A stretch of 64,000 nt of DNA from Anaerolineae bacterium. Lineage in GTDB: Bacteria > Chloroflexota > Anaerolineae > B4-G1 > SLSP01. The translations under genes and the position numbers were made by a program. The stretch spans positions 77,382 to 141,381 of the forward strand of contig DAOOGN010000001.1 in assembly GCA_035415725.1 (NCBI GenBank), given 5' to 3'. Under the pieces are notes generated by a model. It was not told where the DNA came from. It saw nothing but the letters and a program-made list of their open reading frames with translations, and made no database searches. Shown here piece by piece: positions 34,755-44,797 of the stretch. Each line of letters opens with the position of its first letter. Within the stretch, counting starts at the first letter, position 1.

Positions 34755-36953
34755 ATGTCTATGCAAACAAAAAAGCCCAAGACCTCACGCAGCCTGGCGG
34801 CGACGTTAGCGTCCGCTTTCTTGGGTTTGACTTTAGTCGCTCTGTTTATTGCCTACATCCCGCAACTGTTCTTTTTCATCCGAACAGGCAATCAGGCGAT
34901 TGCCGGTGAGCAACAGTTGATTGCCAAGGAGGCTGCTAATACGGTGGTTAGCTTTATCGAGGCTAAATTCGGCGTCTTGGAGACGGCGGCCAGACTTGGT
35001 TATCTTATTTCCACCTCTCGGGAAAATCAGAAAGAAATTCTGGCGAGCCTGCTGGGGTCGCAACCTGCCTTCCGCCAGTTGGCTTTTCTGGATGCGCAGG
35101 GATGGGAACTGGTCAGAATCTCTCGGCTCTCGAAAAGCACTTCAGGAGATCTGATCGGTCGGGCTGGAAGTGGTTGGTTAGAGCAGGTGGCGCGGGGAGA
35201 AAGATATATTGGTCCGATTTACGTGGACGAAGCAACGAGCGAGCCACTGCTGGTCATGGCCGTTCCTGCCAGGGATGTTTTTGGCGATTTTCGTGGCGTG
35301 TTGTTGGCCGAAGTGAACCTGAAGTTTATGTGGGATCTGGTCGGCGCCTTGAAGGTTGGCGAGACCGGTCTGGCTTACGTGGTGGATCGACAGGGTAATC
35401 TGATTGCCTTCGGCGATGTCTCGCGCGTTTTGCAGAGCGAAAACGTCAGTCGCCTGGATTTGGTGGCAAAATTCGTTGCGGACCCGGTGCCGGCCGGTGA
35501 GGCTGTGACCGGTGGCTTTCAGGGGATCAATGGCTTCAGGGTGATAGGCACTTACGTCTCTCTGGGTGTGCCCGACTGGGCCGTGGTCACTGAATTGCCG
35601 GTACAGGAAGGAACGGCCTCCCTCATCCGCAGTATCTTGGCATCGCTAGGCGTGATGGTGATTGTCGCCGTCGTTGTCGCTAGAGTTGCCGTTTATATCG
35701 CCCGACGTCTTGCCGTGCCTTTGCTCAACTTGACGACCACCGCCGGCCGGATTGCTGGCGGGGAACTGAATCTACAAGCGGCGTTGCAAGGCCCCTCTGA
35801 AGTGGTGGATCTGGCGCGGGCTTTTAACACGATGACGGCGCAGTTGCGCGAGACGTTGACGGGCCTGGAACAGCGGGTCGCTGAACGCACCCAGGGCTTA
35901 CTGACGGCGGCGGAAGTATCGAGTGCTACAGCGGCCGTGCTTGATCTCGACAAGTTGTTGCCTCAGATCGTCGAGTTAGTGCGAGAGCGTTTCCAATTGT
36001 ACTATGTGGGGCTGTTCCTGACGGATGAAGCCGGCGAATATGCCGTCTTGCGCGCCGGTACAGGTGAGGCCGGACGCGCCATGTTGGCGCGTCAGCACCG
36101 GTTGCGTATTGGTGGTGACTCGATGATTGGTCGTTGCGTGTTGACAGGGCAGGCTGATATTCAACTCGATGTCGGTGAAGCAGCGGTCCACTTTAGCAAT
36201 CCCGATCTGCCGGATACACGTTCTGAATTGGCTTTGCCTTTGCGTGCGGGTGACCAAATTATCGGGGCGATGACAGTACAGAGTGAGCACGAGGCGTTCT
36301 TCTCTCAGGCAGATGTGTCCGTGATGCAGACTGTGGCCGATCAGGTCGCGAATGCTGTGCGCAACGCTCGCCTGTTCCAGCAACTACAGGCCAGCCTGGA
36401 AGCTGAAAGGCGTGCCTACGGCGAATTGGCCAGCGATGCATGGCGCAGCCTGTTGCAGTACCGCTCTGAACTGGGATTTGTGAGTGACGGTCAGAAAACC
36501 GTACAGCGAGCCGATGTCTGGCGACCGGAAATGGAAACTGCCTTGCACACCGCTCAAGTTGTGCCGGGCCAAGGTGATGCGCCGACGGTAGCTATCCCGA
36601 TCAAAGTGCGCGACCAGGTCATCGGGGTAGTCGATGGTTGCAAACCTGATGGCAGCGAATGGACCCAGGAAGAGATCGATATGCTATCGGCACTGACCGA
36701 GCAGTTGAACGTCGCGTTGGAAAGCGCGCGGTTGTATCAAGACACCCAACGTCGCGCCACCCGCGAGCGTATGATCGGCGAAGTGACCGGACGGATCCGT
36801 GAGACGCTGAACGTGGAGGCTGTGCTCAAGACGGCTGTCGACGAAATCCGTCAGGCACTGCAACTGGAACGTCTGGTCGTGCGCCTGGGGACGCCGGATG
36901 AAGACACCGTTCAGCCCGCCGAGAAAGGATACCAAGATGTGGAACAAGATTAA
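34755..36953 (+). CDS. TM-Cache-TM-HAMP-GAF-GAF sensory protein, no output domain
   Basis: ATG at 34755 follows GAGAGGTGG. The TM is [22 protein letters not shown]. The periplasmic Cache region of about 250 aa includes [58 protein letters not shown]. The second TM is [22 protein letters not shown]. The HAMP region is [31 protein letters not shown]. The GAF reads [60 protein letters not shown]. GAF2 and the tail follow. Confidence 0.87.
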   Translation: [732 protein letters not shown]

Positions 36954-38649
36954 GCAGTTTCTTGCCCCCCCTGTCTTTGCCGCTGACGAGGATAAAACTC
37001 GCACCGCGGCCTTGCTCAATCCGCTGATTCTGAGCGTGTTTGTGGTGGACATCATCGGTGCTGTGGCGACCGTATTGGTCTTCGCGCAGAAATTAGGCAG
37101 TGGCATTGTGGTGGGGTTGATCTTTTTGGTATTGTTGACTGCCAAACTCTTCTTGCAATATGGAAGGGCACGGTTGGCCGGCATTGTTTTTATTGTTGGA
37201 ATATGGTTGCTGTCCAGCGCCGTCATAGTGTTTTCCGGGGGACGCAGCATGATCGCTGCGGCTTATGTCAGTTTGACCGTCATTGTGGGGTTGGTTCTCG
37301 GACAAGGCCCTGCCATCAGGTTTGCCATTATCAACAGCGTGTTAAGTTTGGGGCTGGTGATTGCTGAGGCTGTGGGTGTGACCTTGCCGCTCTTGTTTCC
37401 GGTGCCGTTGGCATCGAACTGGGTGATGTTGAGCATTGCCTTGGCAATGGCCGTCGCGCCGCTTAACCTGGCATTGAACAGCCTGAACGCGGCCTTGAAC
37501 CGTGCACGGCGCTATGCTGCCGAAGCGGAGCAACAGCGCCAGCAGATTGAGGCTTTGGCCGAGGCGCGGGCGCTCGAACTGAAGCGCCGCACTGCCTACC
37601 TCGATGCCGCTACCCAAATCGCCACCGAGATCGCCGCGGTAGAACGCAATCCCCTCGCCCTCCTGCAACGCGCTGCCGAGGTGATCAGCCGGCAATTCGG
37701 TTTTTATCATACAGGGGTCTTTTTGCTGGATGATAGTGGGCAGTGGGCTGTGTTGCAGGCAGCCTCCGGCGAAGGGGGACAGCGCATGATGCAGCGTGGG
37801 CACCGCTTGCGCGTTGGTACAGAAGGCATTGTCGGCGCGGTAGCGGCCTATGGGCAATATCGCGTGGTGCAAGACGTCGGCGCCGATGGAGTTTTCTTCG
37901 ATAACCCGGATTTGCCCGCAACGCACTCCGAAATGGCTTTGCCGCTGCGCGCGCGCGGTGAGATCCTCGGCGTGCTCGACGTGCAAAGTACGGTCCCCAC
38001 CGCCTTTACTGATGAAGATGTATATGTGCTGCAGGCGTTGGCCGATCAGATCTCTGTAGCGGTGAGCAGTGCGCGTCTCTCCCGCCAGGTCGAAGAGAGC
38101 ATCGCCGCCGAGCGGCGCGCCTATGGTCAAGTGGTCGGCCAAGCGTGGCGTGATCTGCTCCGCGTGCGTCCTGACCTGGCTTTTGCCAGCGACGAGCGCG
38201 GCGTTGCGCCTTTCACAACCTGGGAGCCGCAGATGACAGCGGCGTTGCAAACCGGTCAAGTCGTCGGTGCTGGCGATGATCTGGCTATCCCTATCCGCGT
38301 GCGCGATCAAGTGATCGGCGTGATTGACGGGCATAAATCCGCGGGGACGGCGTGGTCTGAGGAAGAAATCGCTCTGCTGCAAACACTGACCGAGCAATTG
38401 AGCGTCGCTCTCGAAGGGGCGCAGCTCTACGAAGACACCCAACGTCGCGCCGCCCGTGAGCAGTTGGCGCGCGAGATCACGGCGGAAATGCGGCGTTCAT
38501 TGGACGTTACGACCGTGCTGCAAACGGCGCTTCATCAACTACGCGCTGCGCTGGGTCTCACCGAAGCCGAGGTATGGATCGAGGAAGCGTCTGCAGAGAC
38601 CTCCCCCATTCCCCCGGGGCCAACGGGGAGGATTAAGGGCGGGATGTGA
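36937..38649 (+). CDS. Multi-TM plus GAF-GAF sensory protein of the '[10 protein letters not shown]' subfamily, no output domain
   Basis: ATG at 36937 ([22 protein letters not shown]) follows GAGAAAGGA and overlaps the upstream stop at 36953. Six TM helices. The GAF reads [60 protein letters not shown]...[29 protein letters not shown]. Confidence 0.86.
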   Translation: [570 protein letters not shown]

Positions 38650-38664
38650 ACGAAGAGGAAAATT

Positions 38665-40482
38665 ATGTTCGAGCGGATTAGAAAATACTTCACATTGCCG
38701 GTTTTTGACGACGACGAACGGACGCGCCGCACACGGTTGCTCATCTCCATCCTGGTACCTTTGGCGGTGATGGCTGTCCTGGCGGTTATCGTGATGATAG
38801 TGTTGTCCGGTTTCCCTCAAAGGTTAGCGGATGCGAACATCATCATCGTTGCAGTCGCTATCGTTGCCGCCGTGTTGATTGCCTTCCCGCTCGTCCGCCG
38901 CAGGCCTCCCACCGGTCTGTCCATAGGCCTGCTCACCTTGCTGTGGCTGGTGACCACCGCTTGGCTGCGGTTTACGGAGGGACTTAGCGGTGGTCATACG
39001 AGCTCTGGTTATGTGTTGATAATTGTGCTGGCCGGTTTGTTGCTCGGTCCACGTGGCGCGATAGTGTACGCAGCGCTATCGCTTATGGCGATTATAAGTA
39101 CAGGCTATGCCGAAAACCGTGGTTTGATCCCCGGTCGTACAGGCGTTAGCACAGCGGATGCGTTGATCATCAGCGGCGTTGTGGCGTTGACGGGTGTTTT
39201 TCTACGTTACGCTGTGAAGAGCATGCAAGACGCAATTGACCACGCCCGTCGTTCGGCGCAGGCGCTGGCGGAGGCTAATAGCGAGCTGGAAGCGATTCGT
39301 CGCTCGCTGGAAGAGCGTGTAGCAGCCCGCACACAGGATTTGCGGTCCCGTTCGGCATTATTGCTGACCGCTATCGAACTGGGGCGTACCGCAGCCTCCC
39401 TGCACGACCTCGATGAATTATTAGCCCGTATGCCAGCGATGATTGCCGCGCAGACAGGCCTTTATCACGTAGGCATCTTTTTGGCGGATGAGTATGGGGA
39501 ATTCGTTGTCTTGCGTGGAACAAACAGCCCTGAGGGGCGACAGTTGATGGCAGTCAATTACCATGCAGCCGTGAATGAGCCGGGCTTCCTCGGTACGGTG
39601 GTGGCGAAACATGAACCGCGTCTGGCGCTGGATGTGGGGCCGGGGGCGGTGTCGTTCATCAATTCCCCGTTTCCCCATACGCGCTCGCAGTTGACCTTGC
39701 CGCTGATGGCCGGGGATCGCCTGGTCGGTGCCTTGGATTTGCACAGCACGGAAAGCGATGCCTTTACCGACCAGATGATTGAGATTATGCGTCTGCTGGC
39801 CGATCAGATAGCGATTGCGATTGAAGGGGCGCAACTGTTCGCCCAAAGCCAGACGGCGCTGGAAGCAGAACGCCGGGCGTATGGGCAGGTCAGCCGCGAA
39901 GCCTGGCGGGAGATGTCACGTGCTGAAGGCGCTTTGCGTTTTCTCTCTGACGCGCCGGGGATCGTTCGCCCGGCTTCCGGAGAAAGAGCCGCTGTGATGG
40001 AACGGGCGCGGCAGGCCGGCCAGTTGATCACAGAGGAAGAGTCTACCTTGGCCGCGCCCATCCAGGTGCGTGAGGGTGTGAACATCGGCGCGTTGCGGCT
40101 GCGCAAACCGGAGTGGAGCGCAGATGAGATCGCGTTGGTGGAGACGTTGACCGAGCAACTCGGCGCGGCACTGGAAAGCGCGCGGCTGTATCAAGAAACC
40201 CAACGCCGCGAGGCGCGAGAGCGTATCACCCGTGAGATTACCGAGGACATACGCCGTTCTGTGGAGATCGAGACGATTTTGCGCTCTGCCGTGACCCATC
40301 TCGGCGAGGCTCTGGGTGTGCCGCGTACCTACGTGCGCCTGATGTTAGAGGAAACGGATTTACCTTCCGCCGCCTTCATGGGCCTGGATGTAGCTCCGGC
40401 GCCATCGCCGGCAGCAGAGCCGCCGGCGGAGGATGATGACGCCGCCGCGGGTGGGCAAGGAGAAGAACACCATGAGTCCTAA
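38665..40482 (+). CDS. Multi-TM plus GAF-GAF sensory protein of the '[10 protein letters not shown]' subfamily, acidic Ala/Pro-rich C-terminus
   Basis: N-terminus [22 protein letters not shown]. Six TM helices. The GAF reads [58 protein letters not shown]...[26 protein letters not shown]. The tail is [53 protein letters not shown], followed by an acidic [24 protein letters not shown] end. Confidence 0.85.
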   Translation: [605 protein letters not shown]

Positions 40483-43400
40483 AAATAAAACTCAGGCCGA
40501 TGACCGGTTGGATTCCTCGCTTACGGAGACATCTGTAGGGGGGGAAGCGGCTGCCGCTACTCAGGCATTGCAGGACCTGGAAGCGCGCTATGCTTTCCTA
40601 CGGCAACTCTTGGATCTCAATCCGAATTTCTTCTTCGTGCGCGATCGTGAGGGGCGTTTTGTCTTTGCCAACAAAGCTCTGGCCGACGCTTATGGCACCA
40701 CGGTGGAAGCCTTGATCGGGAAGACGGACGCCGATTTCAACGCCAATCTCAAGGAAGTGGAAGCCATCCGGCAAAGCGACCTGGAGGTGATGGAATCTTT
40801 GCAGGAAAGATTTATCGCCGAAAGCCCCATTCTACGCAAGGGACGTTGGATGCAGACGACCAAACTGCCGATTGTGGATGCCCAGGGGGTGGCGCAGCAG
40901 GTACTCGGTATCTCCGCCGACATCACCGAACGTGTTCAGATGGAGGAAACCATCCGGGCGTCGCTGGAACGTCGTGGACGCCAGGTACAGACCGTTACCG
41001 AAGTCGCCCAGGAAATCGCCTCGGCCACAGCCTTGGATGAGCTGTTCCGCCGCGTCGTTACCCTGGTCAAAGAGCGTTTTGGCTACTATCACGCGCAAAT
41101 TTTCCGTTATGACGCCGCCGCGCGGGCGATGCGTCTGGTGAGCGGTTACGGCGTCGTGGGACAGCGTATGTTGGCTGCCGGCCATTACTTGCCGATGGGA
41201 CGGGGAGTGGTCGGCACAGCAGCCGCGACCGGACGGCCGGTGCTGGCATCTGATGTGACCCGCGACCCCGATTGGGTGCCCAATACTTTCCTGCCGGCTA
41301 CGCGCGGCGAACTGGCCGTCCCCATCAAATTGCGCGACCAGGTCCTGGGCGTTCTCGATGTGCAGAGCAACGTCACCGGCGCCTTAACGACCGAAGATCA
41401 ACTGTTGCTCGAGGGCCTGTGTGGTCAGATTGCCATTGCCATCCAGAGTACCCAATTACTTGAATCGGCCAACACCTTCCGCCAGGTGATTGAGTCCTCT
41501 GGACAGGGTATCTGTATGGCAACATTGGAGGGCGTTTTGACGTATGCCAATCCGGCCTATCGCGCCCTGGTTGGCTTGACAGACCCGGAGACATTGCCGG
41601 GACAACCCTTCCTCGCTCATTATCCTGAGATACTCCAGGGGCGTGTGCGTGAGGAAATTATGCCGGAGGTGTTGGCGAAAGGACAGTGGCAGGGTGAACT
41701 GGCCTTGTTGTCGGCGAGTGGTGAGGTGATTCCCACATTGGATATCCTGACCCTGGTGCGCGACGAACAGGGCGAACCCCGTTATCTGGTACGCCAGGTT
41801 ACCGACATCACTGCACGCAAGGCGATGGAGGATGCCCTGGCAACGGAACGTCAGTTGTTGCATGCACTGCTGGATAACGTGCCGGATCACATCTATTTCA
41901 AAGACGCCGAAAGCCGTTTTATCCGCATCAGCAGCGCTAATGCCCGCTGGCTCAATCTGGAGAATCCCTCGCAGGCGCTAGGAAAAACGGACTTTGACTT
42001 TTTCGGTGCTGAACATGCCGAGAAAGCCTATGCCGACGAACGTCACATCCTGGCTACCGGCCAGCCTATGCTCGATATGGAAGAGAAGGAGGTATGGCCG
42101 GATGGACATGAGACGTGGGTATCCACCTCCAAGATGCCGCTGCGTGATACTGAAGGGCGCATCGTGGGCACTTTCGGCATCTCGACCGACATCACGGCGC
42201 GGAAGCTGGCCGAAATCGAACGCGACCGGGCGTTGCGTAATATAGAGGTGCAGTCCCAGCAACTGAGCAACACCCTGACCGATATGACGCGCATCCAGGA
42301 GACCATGGCGGCTTTGACCGCGGCACTTACGTTTGAGGAAGCCGTCAACATCCTGCTATCCTCCGTAGTCGCGGCAGTCCAGGCCGACCGGGTCAGTATG
42401 TTCTTGATCAATAATGAACATATGACCCGCGTGGGTTTGTATCCTGGCGCTGAAACACAGCGCGCGCAGATTGGTGAAGCGCTGCCGCTGTCAAATTACC
42501 CCTTGACCAGACAGGTGGTTGAAACGCGCCGCCCGCGGGTCGTTGCCGGCGACTCGCCGGAACTTCAGGAACACGAACGGCGCGCTTTTGCCGCTGCTGG
42601 AATTGTGGCCCAAGCCATGGTCCCCCTCATAGGGCGTGAAGGTGTCGTGGGGCTCTTGGCGGTCAATCTCATGACCTCCAAGAGCGCCTTTACCGACCAC
42701 GATGTGCAGATATTGCAAATGTTGGCCGATCAAACTGCACTTGCCATCGAGAACATTCGATTGCTGGAGCGGACGCGCGTGCGCGCCGAGCGGGAGCGGC
42801 TGGTTCGTACCGTCATTGACCGGATTCGGCGCGGTACGGACCGCGATGCCATTATGCGCACGACGCTCCAGGAACTGGTGCAGATGCTCGACGCCTCTAA
42901 AGCCGTGATGCGTCTGGGCAACCGCGAGCAACTATTGTCGGCTCCAGGAGTGTCAACGTCGGCGTATGTTTATGCCAAAGGTGTGGACGGACTACGGACG
43001 GTTGCGGGCGATGATCGGGCCCTGGAGTTGGCAGCGCTGGTGGAAGCCGTGACGCAGGCAGCCACGGTTGCTAAGAAAGACCCTGCCGAAGGCCAGACGC
43101 TTGCCTTGCCTGTCACGTGGGGCGGTGAGACGATCGGCGTGCTGGGTTTTACCCGCCCGTTCGACCGCCCGTTGGATGATGACGAGATTGCAGCCGTCGA
43201 AGAGATCGTCGAACAGGCCGCCCTGGCCTTGGAGAACCAGCGGCTCTTCGATGAGACGCAGCGCGCCCGCGCGTTGTTGAGCAAACAAATCCGTGAATTG
43301 GACTGTCTGAACGACATCGGCCGCAAGATTGCCGAGTCGCCGGCGGTCCCTGACCTGTTGCAATGGACGGCGGAACGGATCCCTGCGGCCATGCAATACG

Positions 43401-44797
43401 CGGAGGTGTGTATCGCAGTGATTGAATACGCGGGACAGTTTTACGGGAATATCGAGGCTATTGACATGGCCCGCCAGATGGTTAACGGTTTGCGCAGCGG
43501 CGACGAAGAGGTAGGACGTGTCGTTGTGGCCTACACCGAAGATCACGTTTTCCTGGATGGCGAGAGCGCCTTGTTGGGTGATATTAGCCGACGTTTGACC
43601 GGCTACATTGAGAACCGCCAACTCCTGGAACAAACCGAGGCGCGCGCCGTGTATGAGCAGGCATTGCTTGAAATCGCCGGCAAAATTGGGACAAGTGAAG
43701 ACATGGAGGGCTTACTGGCCTCCCTTTCTGAAACCATCGTTCCTCTGCGCCGTTTGGCGCCGGTGGATTGGATGTCGGTAGCGGCGTATACTCCCGGTGA
43801 ATCGGCGGTGACGATCTTCACTGTGCCGTTGGAAGCTGAAGTCGGGCCTTTGAGTTTGCCGGCAACTCGCCTGGCCGTGGAGAATTCTGCGCCCGGTTGG
43901 GTCATCACCCACCAGAAGCCGTGGATAGAAGCGGATATGCGGCAGAAGATGACTTTCCCTGAAGATGCGGATTGGGTAGCGGCGGGAATTGTTTCACGGC
44001 TGCTTTTGCCGTTGCAGTTCGGCGATCAATTGGTAGGGACTTTGAATATGGGCAGCCGACAACCGCGGGCTTTCACCCAGGAGCATGGGATCTTGCTGGG
44101 ACAACTGGCTAACCAGTTGGCTCAAGCGATGGAACGCACGCGATTGTTGCAAAACACCCGCGCGGCGCTGGCGGCTGAGGCTGAAACGCACCGTAGCTAC
44201 GAACGCCGTGAATGGCAAACATACCTGCAAGAAAACCGCAAACTCCGTCAAAATACCTTTGTGTATGACGCTGTGACTCAGTCCGCTACCGATGCAGATC
44301 AGGTGGCCGTCCGCCCCGATTTTTGGCGCCCGGAGATGGTGCGTTCTTTGCGCGAAGCCGCCCCGGTGACGACCTACGATGAGGTTCATGCCGCACCCAT
44401 GGGGGATGGCGAGCCTGCCCCGACGACAGAAAAACGGTCCGGTCTGGCTATTCCCATCGAAATGCGCGGTCAGGTGATTGGAGTACTGGGGGTTGAAGAC
44501 CCTGAAGGGCGGTGGCGCGGCTCTCCCGATCAATTGGCCTTGATCCAGTCTGTCGCCCAGCAATTGGGTCAGGCATTGGAGAGTGCGCGTCTGCTCGAAG
44601 CGACACAACGGCGTGCCGCCCGTGAGCAGCGCGCGCGTGAGATCACCGACACCATTCGCGCTGCCCCCACCATCGAAGACGCAGTGAAGCGGGCTATCCA
44701 GGAAATCGCGCACGTTCTCAATGCTTCTGAAACAGTCGCCCGCCTGGGAACGGAAAACCTGTTGACGCCCCGTGAGGAAGGAGAGACTTATGAATAA
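40472..44797 (+). CDS. Cytoplasmic PAS-GAF-PAS-PAS-multi-GAF sensory protein (about 1441 aa), no output domain
   Basis: ATG at 40472 follows AAGGAGAAG and overlaps the upstream stop. PAS1 reads [17 protein letters not shown]...[29 protein letters not shown]. The GAF reads [34 protein letters not shown]...[27 protein letters not shown]. PAS2 reads [16 protein letters not shown]. PAS3 reads [18 protein letters not shown]...[30 protein letters not shown]. Several GAF-like repeats follow, with internal tail-like modules such as [44 protein letters not shown]. Confidence 0.86.
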   Translation: [1441 protein letters not shown]

